From the NCBI GenBank assembly GCA_963658695.1, contig CAVKRN010000005.1, positions 8,103 to 72,102 of the forward strand: a DNA stretch of 64,000 nt, in the 5' to 3' direction. The DNA is from a bacterium. GTDB lineage: Bacteria; Bacillota; Clostridia; Lachnospirales; Lachnospiraceae. Shown one piece after another: positions 37,259-45,502 of the stretch. Positions within the stretch are counted from its first letter, which is position 1. Each line of letters opens with the position of its first letter. The position numbers were made by a program, and so were the translations under genes. The notes under the pieces were generated by a model that saw only the letters and a program-made list of their open reading frames with translations, was not told the DNA's origin and searched no databases.

Positions 37259-38608
37259 TCACTTCTTCTCTTCCTTCCGGGACGCCTCTGCCTCCGCATA
37301 AGCTTCCCGAAGGAGCGTATCATCTCCGGTATATCTTGCCGTTTCAAGGCCTCTTGCTTCCTTCTCGATGATTTCCTGGAACTTGCGGAATTCTTCATCG
37401 ATCTGCTCGTTGGTCATCTCCGTAGCAAGAATTGTCGTCCGGGGCTTCTCCGCCTCTTCTTGAACCGTCTTCTGATCGGTTTTCGAATCCGCTTTCAGCA
37501 CCGATTTCCATGCAGTCTTTTGCTTTGTTTGTGCCTCCGTCTGCAGCGCCTTCCCCATCTTCGTCCTGATCCGGGATTCGACGGGCTTTGCCGGCTTCCG
37601 AGGTGTCACTGCTTCTTCCGGAGCAGGTGATGCCGGTTTTCTGCGCTTGCCTCTGCTCTCCTTTATGACCCACTTTTTCGCTGTTGTGCCAAAGGGCTTC
37701 GGCGCCAGCTTTTTATCCAGAAGCGGCCGAAGAAGATTTACAACAAGCAGGGCATAGACAACGCCGTCCTCGTACAGACCAAGCTTTCGAAAAACAAAAG
37801 TAAAGCCGCCAAGCAGAACCCCATACAGGATTCTGGCTGACCTGGACACCGGCGTCGTGGTGAAATCCTCCGCCATAATAAAAATGGTGAAAAGAAAGCT
37901 CCCGCCGCACAGCTGAATCGCGAGGGTATACGATGACAGTCCATATCGTCCAATCAGCACATAGCATACCGAAAAGGAGGCCATCGCCGCAAGCGGAATG
38001 GAAAGATCCAAAAGCCCTGCCAGAAACAGTATCACCACTGCAGCCAAAACGGCAAGTGCAGAGGATGTTCCAATGCAACCGGGGACACTTCCTGTCAGCA
38101 TATCCCAAAGGCTCGGCGTTTCTCCGCTTTGCAGAAGCTCCAGCGGCGGAAGTGTCGCATACGCCGGTGTTGTCAGATCCGTCATCATCTCGCGGCACAG
38201 AAGCAACAATACGCATTTTCCGGCCATGGCCGGGTTGAAAAGATTTTTGCCCAGGCCGCCAAAGGCGTGCTTAAAAAGCACAATCGCAAGTCCGGAAAGC
38301 GCCGCCCCCGCCCAAAGAGGAGCTCTTGGCGGAAGAATGAGTCCCCCGATCAATCCCGTCACCACACAGGAATAGTCCATAACGGAGGATGTCCTGCTGT
38401 GCCAGATCCAGCCGCAGACAAGCTCGCTTGCGATGGCTGTTCCCACTGCCGTCCCTATCAAAAGAGCCGCATGAAAGCCGTATCGGTAAATGCCAAATCC
38501 TGCGCAAGGCAGCAAGGCCAGCAAGGCCAGATACATCAGATCTCCGGTCGTGATTCTGGTTCGCACAAAAGGCGCCGCCCCGAAGGCTTTGTAGGTCCTG
38601 CTCTTCAT
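37259..38608 (-). CDS. rnfD: RnfD-like membrane subunit, divergent, with charged C-terminal extension
   Basis: KHAFGGLGKNLFNPA, PGCIG, MAEDFTTTP; canonical GATPL replaced by TLPPL. Confidence 0.85.
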   Translation of the reverse strand: MKSRTYKAFGAAPFVRTRITTGDLMYLALLALLPCAGFGIYRYGFHAALLIGTAVGTAIASELVCGWIWHSRTSSVMDYSCVVTGLIGGLILPPRAPLWAGAALSGLAIVLFKHAFGGLGKNLFNPAMAGKCVLLLLCREMMTDLTTPAYATLPPLELLQSGETPSLWDMLTGSVPGCIGTSSALAVLAAVVILFLAGLLDLSIPLAAMASFSVCYVLIGRYGLSSYTLAIQLCGGSFLFTIFIMAEDFTTTPVSRSARILYGVLLGGFTFVFRKLGLYEDGVVYALLVVNLLRPLLDKKLAPKPFGTTAKKWVIKESRGKRRKPASPAPEEAVTPRKPAKPVESRIRTKMGKALQTEAQTKQKTAWKSVLKADSKTDQKTVQEEAEKPRTTILATEMTNEQIDEEFRKFQEIIEKEARGLETARYTGDDTLLREAYAEAEASRKEEKK

Positions 38609-39966
38609 GACTGGTACCTCCTAGCGTAATTTCCGGCCAGTGCCGTATTCTTCAGGCAGGCCTGCTTCATGGCGCCGATTTCCTCCGAAAGATTGATCTT
38701 GGCAGGGCACACATAGCTGCAGCATCCGCAGTCACAACACTCCAGCCCCGCATGCTCCACAAACGCCGGCTTATTGTCTGCGCGAACATCCCGGATCAGC
38801 TGCATCGGTACAATCCGGTTGGGACATACCTGTGTGCATCTGCGGCATCGAATGCAAGGCGTCTCCTTCTGCTCCTGCACGGTTCGCTTGGGAATGCAGA
38901 TCAGTGAAGAAGAAAGCTTGGTGATCGGCGCATCCAAATTCTGAATCTCCGTCCCTGTCAGTGGCCCTCCCGCAAGAAAGAGAGTGTTGGTCTCCTTGGA
39001 AAAGCGTCGAAGCCCTCCCGCCTGTTCCAGAACATCGCGGTAAGTTTCTCCACAACGCACACGCAGATTGCAGGGGTGCGCTGCCGCCTGTCCGGACACG
39101 GTGATGATTCTCGTAAACAAGGGCTCCTGCATCAAGACCGCCTGATTGATGGCAACCAGGGTCTCCGTATTGAGCACCATGCAGCCAATCTCATAGGGCA
39201 GCATTTTGGCATTCAGCGTTCGCCCCGTAATCGCGTGAATCAGCTGGCGCTCCGATCCCTGCGGGTATTTATCCCTGCACCGCTGCACATAAATACGCGG
39301 ATTGTTGATCAAAAGCTCCCGAAGAAGCTGGTATCCCTCCCGATTGGATTCCGAAACCGCAATAATTCCTCTGGCCTTTGGGAAAATAGAAAGGCACACA
39401 GCCAGTCCGCCGATGACCTTCCACGGATCCTCCAGAATGCGCCGGTAGTCTCCCGTCAGATACGGCTCACATTCCACACAGTTTGCAATCACCGTATTCA
39501 CAGTGTTCTTATTGGCCGTCATCAGCTTGTAATGCGTAGGAAGGCCTGATCCGCCAAGTCCCACAATGCCGGCATCCCGAACGAGTGTCAGCAGCTGATC
39601 GGCAGAGAGCCGGGAATAATCCAGATTCTCCGGATAATACCGTTCCCGGTAGGTTCCGTCATTACGAACGATAATGCATTCCTGCGCAACTCCCCGGATG
39701 TCCGGAACCGTTTCGATTGCAACCACCTGTCCGGACACCGAAGAAAAAACGTGGGCCGACAGTTCCCCGTCCGCCCGCGCAATCATCTGTCCTGCACTGA
39801 CATAATCACCAATATGTACCACAGGAACGGCCGGTGTACCAATGTGCTGCTGCAGCGGATAGAACAGCTCACTCTCTGGCGGCAGCACATTCTGGATCGC
39901 CTCGTTCCTTGTAAGTTCCTTTCCGGAATAAGGGTGTATTCCACCCACAAAGGTTAGTCTTGCCAT
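38605..39966 (-). CDS. rnfC: RnfC-like subunit
   Basis: TFVGGIHP, QHIG, GIVGLGG.GLPT, ECEPYLT, KYPQGSE, two CxxCxxCxxxCP clusters. Confidence 0.9.
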   Translation of the reverse strand: MARLTFVGGIHPYSGKELTRNEAIQNVLPPESELFYPLQQHIGTPAVPVVHIGDYVSAGQMIARADGELSAHVFSSVSGQVVAIETVPDIRGVAQECIIVRNDGTYRERYYPENLDYSRLSADQLLTLVRDAGIVGLGGSGLPTHYKLMTANKNTVNTVIANCVECEPYLTGDYRRILEDPWKVIGGLAVCLSIFPKARGIIAVSESNREGYQLLRELLINNPRIYVQRCRDKYPQGSERQLIHAITGRTLNAKMLPYEIGCMVLNTETLVAINQAVLMQEPLFTRIITVSGQAAAHPCNLRVRCGETYRDVLEQAGGLRRFSKETNTLFLAGGPLTGTEIQNLDAPITKLSSSLICIPKRTVQEQKETPCIRCRRCTQVCPNRIVPMQLIRDVRADNKPAFVEHAGLECCDCGCCSYVCPAKINLSEEIGAMKQACLKNTALAGNYARRYQS

Positions 39967-40007
39967 AAAAAATACTCCTGTCTGCCTTCGTGGCATACAG
40001 GAGTATT
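39967..40007 (-). terminator. Hairpin + T-run overlapping the rnfC RBS
   Basis: AATACTCCTGT/ACAGGAGTATT followed by T-run and ATG. Confidence 0.55.
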
Positions 40008-40027
40008 ATATCTGTCTTACCCATTCT

Positions 40028-40270
40028 TCACCAGATGGAAGACGATCTCTTCTCAAAGAAATATTTGCCGATGTCTTCACTGGCAATTCCCAGCACCTCT
40101 GCCGACTTTGCCACATCAATGACGCTGAAGTTGCTCTTCCCCTGAAAGACCTTCGAAATGTAGTTGGAGCTGCGTCCAATGGCCTTTGCATACGCTCCCT
40201 CCGTCCCGAAATGCTCACGGATCGCTCCCCGAAGCTTTGCATAATCAAACACCGACTGACTTGGTTTCAT
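40028..40270 (-). CDS. DUF739-type Cro-like HTH protein
   Basis: FDYAKLRGAI.E.FGT...YAKAIG.S...I.KYFF pattern typical of Firmicute phage DUF739 proteins. Confidence 0.8.
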   Translation of the reverse strand: MKPSQSVFDYAKLRGAIREHFGTEGAYAKAIGRSSNYISKVFQGKSNFSVIDVAKSAEVLGIASEDIGKYFFEKRSSSIW

Positions 40271-40383
40271 ACTCTTCCCATTCCCTTCCTGTGCTGCATG
40301 TGTCTGGTACATCGATTTTTAAATAACCAGCCCAACTAACCAGCCTTTTGCCCTGATTGCACATGTAAGCAAGTGCAGTATCA

Positions 40384-40439
40384 AGCATAGTTCACATACT
40401 TTGAACCGTCAATCACATCCGGTTCACACACTTTGAACC
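40384..40439. promoter_or_regulatory. Two GTTCA-N7-TGAAC operators and leftward promoter TTGACG-N17-TATGCT
   Basis: Operators 40390-40406 and 40422-40438 (16/17 identical); -35 40412-40407, -10 40389-40384. Confidence 0.75.
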
Positions 40440-40512
40440 AAAGATTTTCAGGCTGCAGTATATAATGGCCCATAATCTACTCTTTACGAGCAGAGGGCAA
40501 GGAGGTGCTGCA

Positions 40513-41025
40513 TTGGATTATCACGACAACAAGCTTTTCTCCCAGCGCCTTCGTTCCGAAATGAATCGGGTCGGCCTGGACGCTTCCACACTTGCAAAAG
40601 AGCTCGGTTTCTCCAAGGCCTCCGTCTCAAACTGGCTTAATCAAAAGCACGGTGCACAGTCCTATACACTGGAACGCCTTGCCAATTATTTCGGCGTCTC
40701 CCCGGCCTGGCTTGCCGGAACCATTAATGATCGTGCCATTTCTTCTGCGAGTTTACAGCATATCTCCGATGATCCAACCCATACAGTTGTTTCTTCCGCA
40801 CCATGCTCCGGCGAGCATCTGCCGCCTGTGTTCAAGGAACATACTTCACAGGGCCCAGCAGTAAAAGAGCCGCTTCTGCAGCCCCAGTTCAATCCTTGGA
40901 GAGCCGCCAATCCACCCGCCATCACTGAGGGTGACCTCATGGTCATCAATACCTATCTGAATGCATCTGCCGATTCCAAAGAAGCCATTCAGTCCTTTGT
41001 TCTGTCTCTCCTAAAACATCGATAA
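40513..41025 (+). CDS. XRE/CI-like HTH regulator
   Basis: FSQRLR..LAKELGFSKASVSNWLN..LERLANYFGVSPAWLAG; TTG start after AGGAGGT. Confidence 0.85.
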   Translation: MDYHDNKLFSQRLRSEMNRVGLDASTLAKELGFSKASVSNWLNQKHGAQSYTLERLANYFGVSPAWLAGTINDRAISSASLQHISDDPTHTVVSSAPCSGEHLPPVFKEHTSQGPAVKEPLLQPQFNPWRAANPPAITEGDLMVINTYLNASADSKEAIQSFVLSLLKHR

Positions 41026-41142
41026 CCCATTCTTACGAAGCACTGTAGCACGTTGCAAAAGGTCAAATGTGATCGAACTGTGAAAATATCGTAACTATTT
41101 AGCACCCGCATCTTAATTTTCCTTTGGAACATTAAGATAAGC

Positions 41143-41183
41143 AAAAAAGACACCCGCCCGGATAACTCCAGACTGGTGTCTTT
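41143..41183 (-). terminator. Terminator downstream of rpsA
   Basis: AAAGACACC/GGTGTCTTT with T-run on minus strand. Confidence 0.6.
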
Positions 41184-41216
41184 CACTTTTATTGCTAATA
41201 AATCGAAGAACTGAGT

Positions 41217-42401
41217 TTAGTTCTCTTCCTTCTGCTGAGCGATCATAGCGTCGATGTCAACGGTAACAGCCTCATCATCGCCATTTCCCTTTGTGGGAAC
41301 TACAATCTCATCTTCCTTCTCAGCATCCTTCTTAGCCTTCTCTTCCTCGTTCTTCAGAGCCTTCACGGAAAGAGAAATCTTGTTGTTCTCCGGATTGAAG
41401 TCAACAATCTTCGCAGTAACCTCATCGCCAACCTTCAGAACATCCGAAGGCTTCTCGATGTGCTCCTTAGAAATCTGAGAAACATGAAGCAAAGCATCAA
41501 TGCCGGACTCCAGCTCAACAAATGCGCCGAAATCTGCCATACGAGCTACCTTTCCGGTAACAACCTTGCCTACAGCATACTTGTCCTCAGCGCCGATCCA
41601 CGGATTCTCATCAGGGAACTTCAGAGAAAGCGCAATCTTGCGTCCGTTAATATCCTTTACAAGAACACGAAGCTTCTGGCCAACCTTGAAGACCTTCTTC
41701 GGGCTCTCAACACGGCCCCAGCTCATCTCGGAAATGTGGAGTAGTCCATCTGCACCGCCCAGATCCACGAATGCACCGAAGTCGGTAATATTCTTAACCG
41801 TACCCTCTACAACATCACCAACCTGAAGAGACTCGAAGAGCTTTGCAGCTGCCTCTTCTCTCTTTGCAGTCAGAAGCTGCTTACGATCGCCGATGTAACG
41901 GCGTCTTCTCGGATTGTACTCTGTAACAACGAACTCGATTTCCTGGCCAAGATACTTGGACAGATCCTTCTCATAGGTGTCGCTGACAAGAGAAGCCGGA
42001 ATAAATACGCGGATTCCCTCAACTACAACGCAGATACCGCCGGACAGAACCTGAGAAACTTCGGCCTTCAGGACGGTCTTGTTCTCAAATGCATCCTCGA
42101 TTACCTTGTTGCCGCGATCCAGAGCCAGTCTCTTATAAGAAAGAGCAACCGTACCCTCGCGGTCATCCACCTTCAGGACCTTCACATCCAGCTTATCGCC
42201 TACGCTAAGCTTTGTGGTCAGATCCAGAGAGTTGTCATTGGAATACTCCTGACGGGTCAGGATTCCATCGCTCTTGTATCCGATGTTAAGAACGGCTTCT
42301 TCCGGCTTAACATCAATGACGGAACCTTCGACCACCTCTCCATTATGAATTGTCTTAAATGATGCGTCGAGCATCTGTTCAAAAGTCTGTTCTTCTGACA
42401 T
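41217..42401 (-). CDS. rpsA: 30S ribosomal protein S1 (four S1 domains)
   Basis: FGAFVDLGGADGLLHISE, FGAFVELESGIDALLHVSQ; start MSEEQ after GAGGAGG. Confidence 0.95.
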   Translation of the reverse strand: MSEEQTFEQMLDASFKTIHNGEVVEGSVIDVKPEEAVLNIGYKSDGILTRQEYSNDNSLDLTTKLSVGDKLDVKVLKVDDREGTVALSYKRLALDRGNKVIEDAFENKTVLKAEVSQVLSGGICVVVEGIRVFIPASLVSDTYEKDLSKYLGQEIEFVVTEYNPRRRRYIGDRKQLLTAKREEAAAKLFESLQVGDVVEGTVKNITDFGAFVDLGGADGLLHISEMSWGRVESPKKVFKVGQKLRVLVKDINGRKIALSLKFPDENPWIGAEDKYAVGKVVTGKVARMADFGAFVELESGIDALLHVSQISKEHIEKPSDVLKVGDEVTAKIVDFNPENNKISLSVKALKNEEEKAKKDAEKEDEIVVPTKGNGDDEAVTVDIDAMIAQQKEEN

Positions 42402-43968
42402 TACTTTGAACCTCCTCAATAATATTTTTCGGGGTCGAAGCCCCAGCGGTGATTCCAATGATCTTCTCGTCTCCTGACAACGCAAGATCAAGATCCTCAA
42501 CCGTCTGAATGAAATAGGTCTTCCGACATACAGCGCTGCAGATTTCATAAAGCTTGGCGGTGTTGGAAGAACCTCTTCCGCCGATCACAATCATGACATC
42601 CGCCTGCTGCGCAATCCGGCGGGCCTCTGCCTGCCGCTCACTGGTAGCGTTGCAGATAGTCTCATTCGTCTCGATATTGTACCCTTTTAGCGCAATTAAC
42701 GCAACAATTTTTTCGAATTTTTCTGCATTAAATGTGGTCTGTGCTACAATGCAGACCGGCTTATCCGGATTCCCTTCGTAACTGCGCGCTTCTTCCTCAG
42801 TCTCAATGACCGTTGCCGGTGTGCTGCTCCAGCCAACCGTTCCTTCTGTCTCCGCATGGCCATGGTTGCCGATGATGACAATCTGCTTTCCGTCTGCACT
42901 TGCCTTTTGAACAATTTCATGGATTTTCTTCACAAAGGTGCAGGTTGTATCCACCACCCTGGCAGTTCCTTTGTTCAGGATATCCCATGTGGGTTTGCTC
43001 ACGCCATGGGAACGGATCACAATCGTTCCGCCGTCCTGCGCGATAGCCTCTTCTACACTGCCCAGAATCCCGACGCCTTTTTCCCGCAATTCCTCTACCA
43101 CCGTTTCATTGTGGATAATCGGGCCAAAGGTGTTGATCGGGCCGCTTCCCTTTTTCTCAATTTCCCGGTATACCGTATTGACTGCATTCTGTACACCAAA
43201 GCAAAAGCCTGCTGTTGCTGCCGTAATCACCTGAGGTCTGCCCAGCTTCTGTGCTGCAAGGTTCAGCACCGCTTCCGTCACCTGATCCGCAGTCATCTCC
43301 GTGGAATCGATAAGAACCGCATCCTCTGCCTGCCGCAGCGGCGACACTGCTCTTGTCATGTCCCGGTGATCACGCTGCTCGATGTCCGCCTTAATCTTCT
43401 CCAGATCCAGATCGTCCTTTGATTTATTAGCGCCGGCCCGGGCTGCTTTCTGGTTCTCAATGTAGCGGCGTCTCGCCCTTCCCTCTGCGCTGGCCGCAAG
43501 ATATATCTTCACCTGTGCCGCAGGCAGGACTACCGTTCCGATGTCTCTGCCATCCATGACAACATTCCGCCTGGAAGCCAGTTCCTGCTGCAGCTGTACA
43601 AGTCGAGTGCGAATCTGCGGCACTGCGGAAATGACACTGGCCATAGCGCTCACATCTTCGGTGCGAAGATAGGCGTTTACATTTTCTCCGTCCAGCAAAA
43701 CAACCTGTTCTCCGTTTTCGTATGCAATTTCAATCTGAACGTCTGCACATAATCGCAGCGCTTCCTGCGCAAAGGCCGCTTTTTCTTCCGCGTTGTCCTC
43801 CGCCGGCTTCCTCAGTCCCTTTCGGAGTAAATACAAGGCCATTGCCCGGTACATAGCCCCGGTGTCCACATAGACAAATCCCAGCTGTGCTGCTGCCTTT
43901 TTGGCAACGGTACTCTTCCCGGCACCGGCCGGACCATCAATTGCGATGTTAAATGACGTATTCTCCAT
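42379..43968 (-). CDS. cmk-ispH: Cytidylate kinase-IspH (LytB) fusion
   Basis: IAIDGPAGAGKST, MDGRDIGT (Cmk); AGFCFGV, IIHN, TICNAT..RQ, SSNT, TAGASTP (IspH) in one frame. Confidence 0.92.
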   Translation of the reverse strand: MENTSFNIAIDGPAGAGKSTVAKKAAAQLGFVYVDTGAMYRAMALYLLRKGLRKPAEDNAEEKAAFAQEALRLCADVQIEIAYENGEQVVLLDGENVNAYLRTEDVSAMASVISAVPQIRTRLVQLQQELASRRNVVMDGRDIGTVVLPAAQVKIYLAASAEGRARRRYIENQKAARAGANKSKDDLDLEKIKADIEQRDHRDMTRAVSPLRQAEDAVLIDSTEMTADQVTEAVLNLAAQKLGRPQVITAATAGFCFGVQNAVNTVYREIEKKGSGPINTFGPIIHNETVVEELREKGVGILGSVEEAIAQDGGTIVIRSHGVSKPTWDILNKGTARVVDTTCTFVKKIHEIVQKASADGKQIVIIGNHGHAETEGTVGWSSTPATVIETEEEARSYEGNPDKPVCIVAQTTFNAEKFEKIVALIALKGYNIETNETICNATSERQAEARRIAQQADVMIVIGGRGSSNTAKLYEICSAVCRKTYFIQTVEDLDLALSGDEKIIGITAGASTPKNIIEEVQSNVRRTDF

Positions 43969-44037
43969 CTTTTCTCCCCGTTTCAAGCTCCGCCTCACTG
44001 CTTTGCAGCCAAACACTCTTTCCCTAACACAATAGCG

Positions 44038-45432
44038 TCATGCTCCGGCAGCACTTTCCCCGGCCAGGTGTCCTGTTGACCACGCAATCTGCAGGTTAAA
44101 TCCTCCCGTATAGGCATCTACATCCAGCACCTCTCCGGCAAAAAATAAATCCGCAACCTTCCGGGCTTCCATCGTAGAAGGATTGATCTCCCGGACACGA
44201 ATTCCTCCCGCTGTTACAATTGCTTCCGAAAAGCCTCTCGTCCCCACTGCGTGCAGCGGAACCGCCTTCAAATATCCAGCAAGCAGCCGCAGCTCCTTCT
44301 CATTGAGCGTATAGGAAAGGCGCTGTCCACCGCCTTGTGCCGCCGGAGCTGCCAATGTTTCCGAAAACTTCTCCGCCAGAATCCCGGCCAGTCTCTCCGG
44401 CAAAAGTGCTTTCAGCAGATTGCGAAGCTCCTTTCTGGGCGCAAGAGCAATTTCCCGCACAATTCGGGCCACCAGCTCCTCTTCCGAAAGTGCAGGCTTC
44501 AGATCCAGATAAAGTCCGTATCCTTCCGGGTGCTTTTGAAAGTCCGTGTGGCAGGACGCCGTCAGGACAAGCGGCCCGCTGATGCCAAAATGGGTGAACA
44601 GCAGTTCCCCAAAACCCTCGTAGATCGATTTCCGATTCTTTTTTGTTTTGGTTTTACCCAGTGCAGGTTCCGCCGTCTCCCGCGCCTCTTCCCACGGTTC
44701 CATCCGGAGGGAAACATTGCGAAGAGAAAGCCCCTGAAGGTCCTCCGGCCATTTTTCTTCGAGGACAAGCGGCACCAAAGAGGCCCTTGCCGGTTCAGTC
44801 AGAATCCCCAGATCCTTGGCGAAACGCCATCCGTCACCGGTCGAACCTGTAGAAGCATAGGACATTCCTCCTGTTGCTATAATTACCGCATCCGCTTCCA
44901 GTTTTTTCCCATTCGCAAGACCTACGCCGGTCACTTTCGCGTCCGGTCCTTTTTTCCTGTCTTTTGTCCGTTTTGTCTGTGCGTCATCGTATAAATCGTC
45001 CTCAACATCCGAAAGCGGTCTTGTCAGAACGCTTGTCACCTCGGCATGAAAGCAAAGCTCTGCCCCCTTCGCCCGCAGATGACGAACCAGTGCATCCGTC
45101 ACATCAAATGCGTGATCTGAAGCCGGAAAACACCGTTTTCCTCGCTCCTGCTTGGTTGCGCATCCGTTGTCGTTTAAAAATTTAGTCACCGCTGACGAAT
45201 CAAATCCATAAACTGCGCTGTACAGAAACTTCGGATTTCTCGGTACATTTGCAAAAAAATCTCCCGTTTCGCAGGCGTTGGTGTAATTGCAGCGGCCTTT
45301 TCCGGTTATGTAGATCTTCTTGCCCGCTTTTTCATTGTGCTCCAGAACCGTTACCTGCGCACCGGCATCACTGGCTGCGCAGGCAGCCATAAGCCCCGCA
45401 GCGCCCGCACCGACGACAATAACCTTTCGCAT
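44038..45432 (-). CDS. HI0933/BaiN-family flavoprotein
   Basis: GAGAAG, GKKIYITGKGRCN, GELLFTHFGISGP, TGGFNLQIAWSTG. Confidence 0.92.
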   Translation of the reverse strand: MRKVIVVGAGAAGLMAACAASDAGAQVTVLEHNEKAGKKIYITGKGRCNYTNACETGDFFANVPRNPKFLYSAVYGFDSSAVTKFLNDNGCATKQERGKRCFPASDHAFDVTDALVRHLRAKGAELCFHAEVTSVLTRPLSDVEDDLYDDAQTKRTKDRKKGPDAKVTGVGLANGKKLEADAVIIATGGMSYASTGSTGDGWRFAKDLGILTEPARASLVPLVLEEKWPEDLQGLSLRNVSLRMEPWEEARETAEPALGKTKTKKNRKSIYEGFGELLFTHFGISGPLVLTASCHTDFQKHPEGYGLYLDLKPALSEEELVARIVREIALAPRKELRNLLKALLPERLAGILAEKFSETLAAPAAQGGGQRLSYTLNEKELRLLAGYLKAVPLHAVGTRGFSEAIVTAGGIRVREINPSTMEARKVADLFFAGEVLDVDAYTGGFNLQIAWSTGHLAGESAAGA

Positions 45433-45467
45433 AAAAGAATGTATCTCCCTCTTTTCCAATCAATGTA

Positions 45468-45502
45468 CTAAGGAAATGCTGATTTAATCAGCGCTTCCCT
45501 AA
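45468..45502. repeat. 35-bp palindrome family copy overlapping the LCP stop codon
   Basis: CTAAGGAAATGCTG-ATTTAAT-CAGCGCTTCCCTAA. Confidence 0.75.

Noticed and set aside
40028..41025. Intact prophage
   Set aside because: Only the regulatory pair is present; it is flanked directly by rnfC and rpsA.
42379..42548. ispH-rpsA frameshifted pseudogene or programmed frameshift
   Set aside because: Both frames are complete, rpsA has a strong RBS, and no obvious slippery sequence is present.
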